From NCBI GenBank assembly GCA_035488835.1, contig DATHKX010000205.1:9686-73685 (forward strand): a DNA stretch of 64,000 bases, read 5' to 3'. Position numbers and translations under genes: made by a program. Positions 55,138-64,000 of the stretch are shown here, in pieces. The notes beneath the pieces are model-generated. The model ran no database searches. It was not told the origin of the DNA and worked only from the letters and a program-made list of their open reading frames with translations. Origin of the DNA: Gemmatimonadales bacterium. GTDB taxonomy: Bacteria > Gemmatimonadota > Gemmatimonadetes > Gemmatimonadales > GWC2-71-9. Every line of letters begins with the position of its first letter. The first letter of the stretch is position 1.

Positions 55138-56441
55138 GCGCGGGCCCCGGGATCGCGCGCCACCACCGAGTCGAGCACCAGCGGCGGCGGCTCCTCCTCT
55201 ATCAGGTACGTGAACTGCCGGCGGAACTCCTCCACCGATACGTGGGCGGTCGCGGCGAAGCGCGCCAGCTCGTGCGGATCGTCGAAGTCGTCGCGCCGCA
55301 GCCGGATCATGTAACGGCGCGCGATGGCGTAACGCGTGGACGTGATATCCACCCGCCGCGTGCGCGCCCGGCCCGTCTCGGGATCGATCATCTCCGCAAA
55401 CGGGATGGGCACGAACCGCCCCGCCTGCAGCGAAATCATGGCGGCGTTGCCGCCCCCCAAGACATACTTGGCGGCGCAGTAGCCCAAATCGCGCGTGTAC
55501 TCCATGTCCATCGGGATCGGGTCCGCGCAGCGCAGCTCGTAGCCGATGTTCTTCGCCGCGATCGTCGCCTTCAGCCCGAACTCCTTGAGCCGCTTCTGCA
55601 CCGCCGACTTGAGGATCTCGCCGATGTTCACCTCGGCGATGCGCACGTTCCCGTGCGTGTCCCGCTCGACTTCCTCGACGCCCGCGAGGTCCGCGGGCTC
55701 GATACCCAGCGTCAGCCCCTCGGCCACCACGGCGACGCCGTCGAGCCGGCCGTAGGACAGCCGTTTGATGATCGCGCACACCAGCGTGTCTACGACCGAT
55801 TTGAGCCGGATGCGCCGACCGGGAAACTCCTCCGGAATGAGCGTAAGCGTGGCGCCCGCCGCTTTGCCGATGCCTACCGCCAGATGCCCGGCCCCGCGGC
55901 CCATCGTGATGACGAGGTACCAGCGCGACGTGGTCTTGGCGTCCACCATCAGGTTCTTGACGATCTCCACGCCGTAGTGACGCGCCGTCTGGAAGCCGAA
56001 GGTGTCCACGGAAGGCGGCAAATCGAGATCGTTATCGATGGTCTTCGGCACGTGCACCACCTGGAGCCGCCCCGCGGCCTTCTCCTCCAGCTTCATCGCC
56101 GAATAGGCCGTGTCGTCGCCGCCGATGGTGATGAGCTGTGAGACGTTGAGGCGCAACAGCGCCAGCACGGCGTTGTCGAGATGCGCCGGGTCTTTGGTGG
56201 GGTTCGCGCGCGAGATCCCGATGTAGGACCCGCCGCGAAAGTGGATCCGGCTCACCTCGCCGATGTCGAGTGGGGTGACGTGGTCGATGTCGCCCTGCAT
56301 GATCCACTCGAACCCGTCGCGCACCCCGAGCACGTCGACCGCCTCCAACCGGGCCCGGATCGTGGCCGCCCCGATCACACTGTTGATCCCCGGCGCCGGC
56401 CCGCCGCCCACCAGGATCGCCAGTGTTTTCCGCTCGGTCAT
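55134..56441 (-). CDS. pfp: 6-phosphofructokinase, predicted pyrophosphate-dependent (PPi-PFK)
   Basis: LVGGGPAPGINS, ITIGGDDTAYSA (Asp where ATP-PFKs have Gly), VPKTIDNDL (Lys where ATP-PFKs have Gly). ATG at 56441 within ORF 55134..56693. Confidence 0.85.
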   Translation of the reverse strand: MTERKTLAILVGGGPAPGINSVIGAATIRARLEAVDVLGVRDGFEWIMQGDIDHVTPLDIGEVSRIHFRGGSYIGISRANPTKDPAHLDNAVLALLRLNVSQLITIGGDDTAYSAMKLEEKAAGRLQVVHVPKTIDNDLDLPPSVDTFGFQTARHYGVEIVKNLMVDAKTTSRWYLVITMGRGAGHLAVGIGKAAGATLTLIPEEFPGRRIRLKSVVDTLVCAIIKRLSYGRLDGVAVVAEGLTLGIEPADLAGVEEVERDTHGNVRIAEVNIGEILKSAVQKRLKEFGLKATIAAKNIGYELRCADPIPMDMEYTRDLGYCAAKYVLGGGNAAMISLQAGRFVPIPFAEMIDPETGRARTRRVDITSTRYAIARRYMIRLRRDDFDDPHELARFAATAHVSVEEFRRQFTYLIEEEPPPLVLDSVVARDPGARA

Positions 56442-56451
56442 CGCCGTCCCT

Positions 56452-57564
56452 TCACACGAGGGTCCTGGGATCGGCCGACGGGAGACCGAACGTCTCGGCG
56501 ACCGCGGGATACACCACCTTGCCTTCGACCACGTTGAGGCCGAGGAACAAGGCCGGATCGTCCCGGCAGGCCTTTTTCCAGCCGTTCCGCGCCAGCCGCT
56601 TGGCGTAGGGGAAGGTTGCGTTCGTGAGCCCGAGCGTCGAGGTGCGCGGCACGCCCCCCGGCATGTTGGCGACCGCGTAGTGAACGATCCCATCCACTAC
56701 GTAGACGGGATTTTCATGCGTTGTCGGCTTGATCGTCTCGATGCACCCACCTTGATCCACCGCCACGTCCACGATGACCGAGCCCGGCCTCATGAGCTTC
56801 AGGTCGTCGCGCCGTACCAGCTTCGGGGCCTTGGCCCCCGGCAACAGCACGGCGCCGATGACGAGATCGGCCCGACGCAGCTGCTCGAGCAGGTTGTAGC
56901 GGTTGGAGTAGAGCAGATCGACATTCGAGGGGAGCACGTCGGCGAGGTACCGCAGGCGATCGAGCGACAGGTCGAGCAGCGTCACCCGGGCGCCCAGGCC
57001 CGCCGCCATCTTCGCCGCGTTGGCACCGACCACGCCCCCGCCGATGATCAGGACTTCCGCCGGCAGTACCCCCGGCACTCCGCCGAGCAGTATCCCGCTC
57101 CCGCCATACACCTTTTCCAGGTACTTCGCCCCCTCTTGCACGGCCATCCGTCCCGCCACCTCGCTCATCGGCGTGAGCAAGGGGAGGTCCCCCGAGGGCA
57201 GCTGCACCGTCTCGTACGCGATTGCGATGATCCCCGACTTGATCACGGCACGCGTGAGCGGCTCCGACGCGGCGAAGTGGAAGTAGGTAAAGACCACCTG
57301 ACCCTGGCGCATGCACGGCCACTCGGGCTCGATCGGCTCCTTCACCTTGATCACCATCTCGGCCTTGGCCCACACGTCCGCGGCCTTGGGCACGAGCGTC
57401 CCGCCCGCCGCGCGATACGCCTCGTCCGCGAACCCCGAGCCGAGCCCCGCGCCTTGCTCCACGAGCACGCTGTGTCCGTCGCCCACCAGCGACTCGACTC
57501 CCGCCGGCACCAGCGCTACCCGATGCTCGGCTGTCTTGATCTCCTTCGGGACGCCAACGATCAT
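56452..57564 (-). CDS. ald: Alanine dehydrogenase
   Basis: MIVGVPKEIKTAEHRVALVP, VIGGGVVGANAAKMAAGLGA (NAD fold), VDVAVDQGG. ATG at 57564 within ORF 56452..57669. Confidence 0.92.
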   Translation of the reverse strand: MIVGVPKEIKTAEHRVALVPAGVESLVGDGHSVLVEQGAGLGSGFADEAYRAAGGTLVPKAADVWAKAEMVIKVKEPIEPEWPCMRQGQVVFTYFHFAASEPLTRAVIKSGIIAIAYETVQLPSGDLPLLTPMSEVAGRMAVQEGAKYLEKVYGGSGILLGGVPGVLPAEVLIIGGGVVGANAAKMAAGLGARVTLLDLSLDRLRYLADVLPSNVDLLYSNRYNLLEQLRRADLVIGAVLLPGAKAPKLVRRDDLKLMRPGSVIVDVAVDQGGCIETIKPTTHENPVYVVDGIVHYAVANMPGGVPRTSTLGLTNATFPYAKRLARNGWKKACRDDPALFLGLNVVEGKVVYPAVAETFGLPSADPRTLV

Positions 57565-57568
57565 GCTC

Positions 57569-57629
57569 CGCGCACGCCTTTCCGTGACGTTTTTCCGCGA
57601 CGTTTTTTCGTGACGCCTTTCAGTTTTTG
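57569..57629 (-). repeat. Phased 13-nt tandem repeat array filling the M16-peptidase/ald intergenic leader
   Basis: The minus strand reads GAAAGGCGTCACG / AAAAAACGTCGCG / GAAAAACGTCACG / GAAAGGCGTGCGCG, then GAGC-ATG (ald). A further A-rich partial unit lies upstream and overlaps the peptidase stop codon. Confidence 0.6.
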
Positions 57630-58891
57630 TCTGGGCCCAGCCAAACCACCGTCTGCCGCTCAGGAGCAAAGAATTCCGCCGCCACGCTCGCCATCTCCTC
57701 GTCCGTGAGCCCGGCGACCGCCGCCAGCACCTGGTCGAGGCTCTGGTATGGCTCGCCGTGGACCGGAAAACCGGCCAAACGATACATCCGTGCCGACGGA
57801 CTCTCCAGAGACAGCATCAGCTGGCCCTGGGTCTGCTGCTTCGCTTCGGCGAGCGCCTCTCCCGAGAGCCCGGCACGGGCCAGCTTGGCGTACTCTTCGC
57901 GGATCGCCGCCTCGGCTTGGACCGCGGTCTTGGGCTGGGTGCCGACGTACACGCCGGTGACGCCCACCTGCCGGTAGAAGCTCGTGAAGGCGTAGATCGC
58001 GTAGGCCAGCCCTAGCTCCTCCCGGATGCGCTGGAACAGGCGGCTCGACATCCCGCCGCCGAACACGTTCGCGAGCACCAACAGCGCGTACTTGCGCCGG
58101 TCGGCGTAGGCGACCGAGTCCGTGGCGAACACGATATGGGTCTGGGCGGTGTCCTTGGTGTGACGGGCCTCGGTGCCGCGGACGGCGGCTGGAACCGGAA
58201 TCGCCGCCGGCACTTCCCGTTTCCCTTTTCCCGTTTCCCGATCGTCAAACCACCCCTGCTGGCCCAACAGCTCCAGCAGCCGCTCATGCGTGACGTTGCC
58301 AGCGGCGGCGATCACGCAATTGGCCGGGAAGTACGCCCTCCCGTGCAGCTGCTTCAGGTCGTCGGTCGAGAGGGCGCTGACGGTGTCGCGGGTGCCGAGG
58401 ATCGAGTAGCCGTAGGAGTGCTTGGGCCAGAGGGTCTGATACGCGAGCTCGAACACCTGATCGTCGGGCGTGTCCTCGACGGTGTTGATCTCTTCGAGAA
58501 CGACGTTGCGCTCGAGCTCCAGGTCGCTCGGGCGCAGCACCGGATTCCGCACCAGGTCGGTCAGCACGTCCAGGGCCTGCGGCAGGTCCGAGTCCAGCAC
58601 GCGGGCCTGGAACGCGGTGGTGTCGCGGGAGGTGTAGGCGTCGAGCGAGCCGCCGCGAGACTCGAGCGCCAGCGCGATCTGCTGCGCCGTGCGCCGCTCG
58701 GTGCCCTTGAACACCATGTGCTCGAGCAGATGGGACACGCCCATCTTGGGGCGGGGCTCGTGGGCGCTGGCGCTCCGCACCCAGATCCCCACTGCCACCG
58801 AGCGGACGCTCGGCACCCGCTCGGACAACACCACCACCCCGCCTGGCACGGTGGTCTGGGAGATCTCCCGGTCGAGCGGGACGGTCTGCAT
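57620..58891 (-). CDS. M16 family zinc peptidase (insulinase-like)
   Basis: GVSHLLEHMVFKGT (HxxEH) and a downstream Glu-containing region. The ATG overlaps the pnp TAA by 1 nt (TAATG). Confidence 0.88.
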   Translation of the reverse strand: MQTVPLDREISQTTVPGGVVVLSERVPSVRSVAVGIWVRSASAHEPRPKMGVSHLLEHMVFKGTERRTAQQIALALESRGGSLDAYTSRDTTAFQARVLDSDLPQALDVLTDLVRNPVLRPSDLELERNVVLEEINTVEDTPDDQVFELAYQTLWPKHSYGYSILGTRDTVSALSTDDLKQLHGRAYFPANCVIAAAGNVTHERLLELLGQQGWFDDRETGKGKREVPAAIPVPAAVRGTEARHTKDTAQTHIVFATDSVAYADRRKYALLVLANVFGGGMSSRLFQRIREELGLAYAIYAFTSFYRQVGVTGVYVGTQPKTAVQAEAAIREEYAKLARAGLSGEALAEAKQQTQGQLMLSLESPSARMYRLAGFPVHGEPYQSLDQVLAAVAGLTDEEMASVAAEFFAPERQTVVWLGPDKN

Positions 58892-61005
58892 TACCGCGCG
58901 CGGGCTACGGCTCCCGCATCACCGTCCCCCTTGTCGAGCAGCGCCTTGCGGGACAACCGCATGCGGCCGCGCTCGTCCACCTCGAGCAGCTTCACCCGCA
59001 CGTGGTCGCCCTTCTTCACCACGTCCTCCGTGCGCTCGGTCCGGCCATGCTGCAGCTCGGAGATGTGGAGCAGTCCCTCGACGCCCGGCAGGATCTCGAT
59101 GAACGCGCCGAACGCCGTGGTGCTCTTCACGACGCCCTCGTAGATCTTGCCCACCTCGGGCTCCTGGATCAGGGCCTGCACCATGTCGCGCGCCCGCTCG
59201 CCGCCTTCGCCCACCGCCGAAATGGTGACCAGCCCGGTGTCGTCGACGTTGATCTCGGCGCCGGTCTGCTCCTGGATGCCCCGGATGGTCTTGCCCTTGG
59301 GGCCGATCAGGTCGCCGATCTTGTCCGGCCGGATCTGGATCGTGATGATGCGCGGCGCGTACTTGGACAGCTCCGAGCGCGGCTTCGGCATGACCTGATC
59401 CATGATGTCCAGGATGTGAAGCCGCGCTTGCTTCGCCTTGTCGAGCGCCTCGGCCATGATCTTGAAGTCGAGGCCCATGATCTTGATGTCCATCTGGATC
59501 GACGTCACGCCCTGGCGCGTGCCCGCGACCTTGAAGTCCATGTCGCCCAGGGCGTCCTCGGTTCCCAGGATGTCGGTGAGCACCGCCACCCGATCGGCCT
59601 CCTTGATGAGCCCCATCGCGACGCCCGCGCATGCGGCGGTCATCGGTACGCCGGCATCGAACAGCGCCAGCGAGCCGCCGCACACCGTGGCCATGGACGA
59701 CGAGCCGTTCGACTCGAGGATGTCGGACACGATGCGGAGGGTATAGGGAAACTGGTCGTACGGCGGGAGCAGCGCCTGCAGCGCCCGCTCGGCGAGCGCC
59801 CCGTGTCCCACCTCGCGGCGTGAGGTCCCGCGAATCGGCTTCACTTCACCAGTCGAGAATGGCGGAAAGTTGTAGTGCAGCATGAACGACTTCGTCGTCT
59901 CCTGCGCCACGTCGATCGAGTCGATGCGTTGCTCGTCCCGCGTCGTGCCGAGGGTCACCGACACCAGCGCCTGAGTCTGGCCGCGCGTGAACAGCGCGGA
60001 GCCGTGCGTGCGAGGCAGCGTCCCGACCTCGCAGCTGATCGGCCGTACGGTGTCCAGATCGCGCCCGTCCACCCGCTCGCTGTGGGTGAGGACCTGGTTG
60101 CGCATCGTGTGATACTCGATTTCCTCGAGCACGCTACCGACGTCCTTCAGGTTGTCGGGGAACTCAGGCCCCAGCTCTTCCTGGATCGTGGCCTTCAGGG
60201 CCGCGAGCGCCTGTGCCCGCTCGGACTTCTCCGGCAGGTTGAGCGCCTCGGACACCCGGGCCTCCGCGAGCTGCTTCACCCGCGCCACCAGCTCCGCCGG
60301 CGGCTCGACCTTGGTCCATTCCATCTTGGGCTGCCGCATCTCGGCGACGAGCTCGTTAGCTGCGTCCAACAGCTCCCGGACGCCCTTGTGCGCGACCTCG
60401 AGCCCCTTCACGATCTCGGGCTCCGTGAGCTCGAGCGCGCCTCCCTCCACCATGACGATCGAATCCTTCGAGCCGGACACCACCATGTCCACGTCGGAGA
60501 ATTCGAGCTGCTGGAAGGTGGGGTTGAGGATCCACGCGCCCTCCACGCGCCCCACGCGGACGGCGGCGATCGGGCCGTTCCATGGCACCCTGGAGATGGT
60601 CAGCGCCGCCGAGGCCGCCGTCAGCCCCAGGACGTCGGCGTCGTTCTCCTGATCCGCCGAGAGCACGTACACGAACACCTGCACCTCGTTCTTGAACCCT
60701 TCCGGGAACAACGGCCGCACCGAGCGGTCGATCACCCGGGCCGCGAGGATCTCGTCGTCCGAAGGCCGGCCTTCCCGCTTCAAGAAGCCACCGGGGATCT
60801 TGCCGGCGGCGTAGGCTTTCTCGCGGTATTCGACGGTCAGGGGAAAGAACGGGAGGGTCGAGACGTTCTCCGACACGGTCACTGCGGCGAGCACGACCGT
60901 CTCCCCGAACTGCAGGAGGCAGGACCCCGCGGCCTGTTTGGCCAGGCGGCCCGCCTCGAGCTTGAGAGCGCGGCCCGCGAAGTTGCGTTCTACGTGTTTC
61001 ACCAT
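58891..61005 (-). CDS. pnp: Polynucleotide phosphorylase
   Basis: Two RNase PH domains, KH (IGPKGKTIRGIQ) and S1 (GKIYEGVVKSTTAFGAFIEILPGVEGLLHISEL) domains. 704 aa. Confidence 0.96.
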   Translation of the reverse strand: MVKHVERNFAGRALKLEAGRLAKQAAGSCLLQFGETVVLAAVTVSENVSTLPFFPLTVEYREKAYAAGKIPGGFLKREGRPSDDEILAARVIDRSVRPLFPEGFKNEVQVFVYVLSADQENDADVLGLTAASAALTISRVPWNGPIAAVRVGRVEGAWILNPTFQQLEFSDVDMVVSGSKDSIVMVEGGALELTEPEIVKGLEVAHKGVRELLDAANELVAEMRQPKMEWTKVEPPAELVARVKQLAEARVSEALNLPEKSERAQALAALKATIQEELGPEFPDNLKDVGSVLEEIEYHTMRNQVLTHSERVDGRDLDTVRPISCEVGTLPRTHGSALFTRGQTQALVSVTLGTTRDEQRIDSIDVAQETTKSFMLHYNFPPFSTGEVKPIRGTSRREVGHGALAERALQALLPPYDQFPYTLRIVSDILESNGSSSMATVCGGSLALFDAGVPMTAACAGVAMGLIKEADRVAVLTDILGTEDALGDMDFKVAGTRQGVTSIQMDIKIMGLDFKIMAEALDKAKQARLHILDIMDQVMPKPRSELSKYAPRIITIQIRPDKIGDLIGPKGKTIRGIQEQTGAEINVDDTGLVTISAVGEGGERARDMVQALIQEPEVGKIYEGVVKSTTAFGAFIEILPGVEGLLHISELQHGRTERTEDVVKKGDHVRVKLLEVDERGRMRLSRKALLDKGDGDAGAVARAR

Positions 61006-61037
61006 ATTGCCTGTCTAGAGCACAAAGAAATGCGCGA

Positions 61038-61066
61038 GGGCGCCCCGGTGCTCTTCCGGGGTGCCC
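61038..61066 (-). terminator. rpsO terminator/attenuator hairpin in the pnp leader
   Basis: The minus strand reads GGGCACCCCGG-AAGAGCA-CCGGGGCGCCC (10 of 11 bp paired), followed by a U-containing stretch (CAUUUCUUUGUG). It lies between the rpsO stop and the pnp start. Confidence 0.5.
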
Positions 61067-61084
61067 AACGCGACGCCAGCGGTG

Positions 61085-61342
61085 TTAATGGCGGAGACCC
61101 AGCTCTTCGATGAGCTGCCGATACCGCTCCAGGTTGGCGCGCTTCAGGTACTCGAGCAGGCGGCGGCGCTGCGACACCATCCTGAGGAGGCCGCGCTGCC
61201 CGTGAAAGTCCTTGGCGTGCACCCGGAAGTGATCGGTGAGGCTGTTGATCCGCTCGGTGAGCAGCGCGATCTGGACCGGGGTGGACCCCGTGTCTCCCTC
61301 GTGCAGCCCGTACTTCCTGACCGGCGTCGTCTTGTCGTACAT
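61085..61342 (-). CDS. rpsO: 30S ribosomal protein S15
   Basis: [54 protein letters not shown] is canonical S15. Start taken at the internal ATG (MYDKT...). Confidence 0.9.
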   Translation of the reverse strand: MYDKTTPVRKYGLHEGDTGSTPVQIALLTERINSLTDHFRVHAKDFHGQRGLLRMVSQRRRLLEYLKRANLERYRQLIEELGLRH

Positions 61343-61376
61343 CTGATCCCTGTTCCCTAATTGTTGAGAGCGCAGT

Positions 61377-61404
61377 AACTTAGACCGCTGACCCGGGTTT
61401 GTAA
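61377..61404 (-). promoter_or_regulatory. Candidate sigma-70-type promoter for rpsO
   Basis: The minus strand reads TTACAA-16 nt-TAAGTT about 35 nt upstream of the rpsO ATG, in the divergent spacer shared with the kinase gene. Confidence 0.3.
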
Positions 61405-61411
61405 AGCCCTC

Positions 61412-62299
61412 GTGACCCATACTCCTCCCCCGCCCACCGACCTACTCGGCCGCACGGTCGGCCCCTACGACCTCGAGCGTCTGCTCGGCCAGGGCGGCTT
61501 CGCCTGGGTGTTCGCGGGTCGGGAGCTGGACGGGACCGCCGTCGCCGTCAAGATCCTGATGCCGCGCTACGCCGGCGACCCCCAGTTCGAGAGCCGGTTC
61601 CGCAACGAAGCCGAAACCGCCCAGAAGCTCCAGCACCCGAACATCATCCGCATCCGATTCGTGGCGCGCTCCGGGAGTTACGTCTACTTCGCGATGGACC
61701 TGTGCCCGGACTCGCTCGCCGCGCGGCTCGAGCGCGAGGGCCCGCTCCCCGAGGCCGACATCGTGCGCGTCGCGGGCGACGTGGCCCGCGCGCTCCAGTT
61801 CGCGCACGCCCAGGGGGTAATCCACCGCGACCTGAAGCCCGACAACATCCTGCTCCACTCGGACGGGCGCGCCGTCCTCTCGGACTTCGGCATCGCGCGG
61901 GCCGTCTCGGGCTACGTGGCCTCCACCGGCGTGAACATGACGATCGGAACGCCGCAATACCTGTCGCCCGAGCAGGCCCAGGGGCGACCCCTCGACGCGC
62001 GCCTCGATTTCTACGCCCTGGGGGTCACGCTCTTCAAGGCGGCGATCGGCGAGGTCCCCTTCGCCTCCACCGATTGGTTCGAGCTGGCGCGAATGCACGT
62101 AGAGGCCGCTCCACCCTCGCTGCGGAAGAGGCGGCCGCAGCTGTCCAAGCGGTTCGAGCGCGTGGTGATGAAATGCCTCGCGAAGCATCCCGACGATCGC
62201 TACCGCGATGCTGCCGCGCTGCTCGCCGATCTCGCGGCGGTGGACGGAACGGCCCCGGCGGGGTTGCTGGCGCGCTGGCGGGACTGGTGGTCAGGCTGA
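61412..62299 (+). CDS. Ser/Thr protein kinase (catalytic domain only)
   Basis: [45 protein letters not shown] start. Confidence 0.85.
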   Translation: MTHTPPPPTDLLGRTVGPYDLERLLGQGGFAWVFAGRELDGTAVAVKILMPRYAGDPQFESRFRNEAETAQKLQHPNIIRIRFVARSGSYVYFAMDLCPDSLAARLEREGPLPEADIVRVAGDVARALQFAHAQGVIHRDLKPDNILLHSDGRAVLSDFGIARAVSGYVASTGVNMTIGTPQYLSPEQAQGRPLDARLDFYALGVTLFKAAIGEVPFASTDWFELARMHVEAAPPSLRKRRPQLSKRFERVVMKCLAKHPDDRYRDAAALLADLAAVDGTAPAGLLARWRDWWSG

Positions 62300-62698
62300 C
62301 GGGCTGAACATGCGGCGCACGGCGGCCACGAGGCGCGCTACGAGCCCACGCGGTGTCGGTTCCCCTTCCCCGGCCGTACCACCGGCCTCTGCCCGGGACT
62401 CTTCCCGGCCCAACACAGCCTCCGCCGCCCGCCGCAGCTCGGCTTCGTATTGCCTGGGAAACGGTCGCTCCGCGAGACTGATCGCGAAGCCCGAGCCGCC
62501 CTGAGCCGTCCCGAGCTCGACGATCCCCGGCGACGCGCGATCGATCACGTCGATCAAGGGCTGTAACGATTCCCGCTGACCGTTTCTCGCGTCCCCGTAG
62601 TATGCTGCGGATACAGCGATCACGAGCCGCTCCGCCCTCACGCGGCCGGCGACGTAGCTCTCGAGCGCGTCCTTAACGGGGGAGGATGCGGAGGGCAT
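62291..62698 (-). CDS. Hypothetical protein downstream of rseP
   Basis: GC3-rich 135-aa frame with no recognised motif. Its 3' end overlaps the convergent kinase by 9 nt and its 5' end overlaps the rseP stop region by 26 nt. Confidence 0.4.
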   Translation of the reverse strand: MPSASSPVKDALESYVAGRVRAERLVIAVSAAYYGDARNGQRESLQPLIDVIDRASPGIVELGTAQGGSGFAISLAERPFPRQYEAELRRAAEAVLGREESRAEAGGTAGEGEPTPRGLVARLVAAVRRMFSPSA

Positions 62699-64000
62699 CG
62701 TTGGTGAGCGCGAGAATCATGAGCGCGACCAGCAGGAAGAACCCCACATTGCTGAGCCGAGTCCGCAGCTCGCGCGACAACGGCTTGCCTCGCACCGCCT
62801 CGGCGATGAGGAACACGAGCTGCCCGCCGTCCAGGATCGGAATGGGCAGCAGATTCAGAATCGCCAGGTTGATCGAAAAGAACGCCACAAATGTGAGGAA
62901 CCAGTCGAGGCCCAGCCGCGCGACCTGCCCCGAGATCTGACCGACCGTGATGATGCCTCCGACCTCGCGGAACGAGGTCTGGCGCAGCACGAGGCCTTGC
63001 AGGAACCCGAGCACCACCTTGCCGCGGCCCCACGTCTCCTGGAAGCCCGAGACCAGGGCGCGCCCGAGCGGCTCGCGCACGTGGATGGTGGGCGGATTCG
63101 GCGCGGCCCCGATGGCACCGTACACGTGCGGGCGGGGGGACGCGCTGTCCGTCTCGATCTTGCTCTCGGGAACCACGGTCACCTGGACGATGTGTCCGTC
63201 GCGCAGCACGTCGAAGCGCACCGACTTGCCGGGGCTGTTCCACACGATGTGCAACACCTCGCTCCAGGACCGCAGCGTATCGCCGTTGGCCCGCACGAGC
63301 AGATCTCCCCCACTGAGGCCCGCTCGGATCGCCGGCCGACCCGGCTCGACGATGCCGAGCCGTGGCGGGTCGAGGCGGGTCAGCGCCTGGGCCAGCGCCT
63401 GCCGCGTGGCGAGCCCGCCATCGGGCAGCTGCACGACGATGGGCTCGGGCCGGCCGGCGACTTCGAACCGCAGCGTGGTCGGCCCCGCCAGGATGTGGTC
63501 GAGGAGCGCGTTCCACGAACGGATCGTGTCGCCGTTCACACGCACGATCCGATCGCCGAACTTGAGGCTCGCGAGTGCCTCCGTGCCGGGGGGCAGCGCG
63601 TGGGCCGCGACCGAGTCGATTTCCGTGCTCGCGAGCTCCGGCGTGCCCGCCGTCGCCGCAAGACCGGCGTAGATGAAGAACGCGAACACCGCGTTCATGG
63701 TGACGCCGGCGAGGATCACGATCGTCCGCTTCCATACCGGCTGGCGGTCGAACGCCCGCGCCGGGTCGACCGGGACGTCGGACTTTCCGCCCTCGACGCC
63801 TCCGGCCACCCCCTCGTCTTCGAGCCCCGCCATCTTCACGTAGCCGCCGAGTGGCAGCCAGGAGAGCCAGTACTCGGTCTCACCGCGCCGCCAGCTGAAA
63901 ATGGGACGCCCGAAGCCGATCGAGAATCGCAGGACCTGAATCCCCACGGCCTTGGCCGCGAGAAAGTGGCCCATTTCGTGAACGAAGATCAGCGGGCCGA
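62673..64000 (-). CDS. rseP: RIP metalloprotease RseP (M50 site-2 protease), 5' end beyond the window
   Basis: The frame stays open to the window edge and reads ...GPLIFVHEMGHFLAAK (HExxH). PDZ-like central region. C-terminal NLLPIPILDGG motif. Confidence 0.88.
   Translation of the reverse strand, partial: GPLIFVHEMGHFLAAKAVGIQVLRFSIGFGRPIFSWRRGETEYWLSWLPLGGYVKMAGLEDEGVAGGVEGGKSDVPVDPARAFDRQPVWKRTIVILAGVTMNAVFAFFIYAGLAATAGTPELASTEIDSVAAHALPPGTEALASLKFGDRIVRVNGDTIRSWNALLDHILAGPTTLRFEVAGRPEPIVVQLPDGGLATRQALAQALTRLDPPRLGIVEPGRPAIRAGLSGGDLLVRANGDTLRSWSEVLHIVWNSPGKSVRFDVLRDGHIVQVTVVPESKIETDSASPRPHVYGAIGAAPNPPTIHVREPLGRALVSGFQETWGRGKVVLGFLQGLVLRQTSFREVGGIITVGQISGQVARLGLDWFLTFVAFFSINLAILNLLPIPILDGGQLVFLIAEAVRGKPLSRELRTRLSNVGFFLLVALMILALTNDALRILPR

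Noticed and set aside
59875-61113. 412-aa plus-strand ORF
   Set aside because: Antisense to pnp and rpsO, both unambiguous.
1-64000. CRISPR arrays, transposases, integrases, prophage or toxin-antitoxin/defence cassettes
   Set aside because: I looked for regularly spaced 25-40-nt repeats and for recombinase, transposase or nuclease motifs on both strands and found none. The only tandem repeats are the short heptamer and 13-nt arrays reported above.

Overview
Very GC-rich bacterial chromosomal window. Third codon positions are almost always G/C, which produces many long spurious antisense ORFs. Gene content suggests a Gemmatimonadota-like or related Gram-negative lineage (multiple Hanks-type Ser/Thr kinases, class-II archaeal/eukaryote-like ProRS, mreBCD-mrdA-rodA); this taxonomic call is low-confidence inference.

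Most of the window is core housekeeping, packed into long, translationally coupled operons:
- ABC-F ATPase
- guaA-lysA-proS-hisS-folC-accD
- mreB-mreC-mreD-mrdA-rodA
- fabI
- dut-pfp-ald
- rpsO-pnp-M16 peptidase
- rseP

No transposase, integrase, phage genes, CRISPR array, rRNA or tRNA were recognised.

The most unusual content:
1. A tightly coupled five-gene plus-strand operon (7064-15687): a DUF4956-like inner-membrane protein, a lipoprotein metallophosphoesterase, an Omp85-type outer-membrane barrel with a large N-terminal domain carrying lipid-kinase-like motifs, a polyphosphate kinase 1 with a ~370-aa CYTH (triphosphate tunnel) plus Nudix-like N-terminal extension, and an uncharacterised secreted protein. 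I read this as a candidate envelope-spanning polyphosphate-linked system.
2. An OsmC/Ohr-family gene whose reading frame is interrupted by a single TGA exactly where the family's N-terminal conserved Cys should be, followed by a small GC hairpin. It is either a selenocysteine candidate or a fresh pseudogene.
3. Several unexplained short repeat structures: inverted heptamer arrays around the 5' end of a polysaccharide deacetylase gene, a phased 13-nt tandem array filling the ald leader, and a 16-bp interrupted palindrome between dus and ptsN.
4. Degenerate signalling genes: a kinase C-lobe fused to TM helices, a non-RD/DTG kinase, and a region-2-only sigma factor.

All functional calls come from motif recognition by eye. 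No database searches were run.
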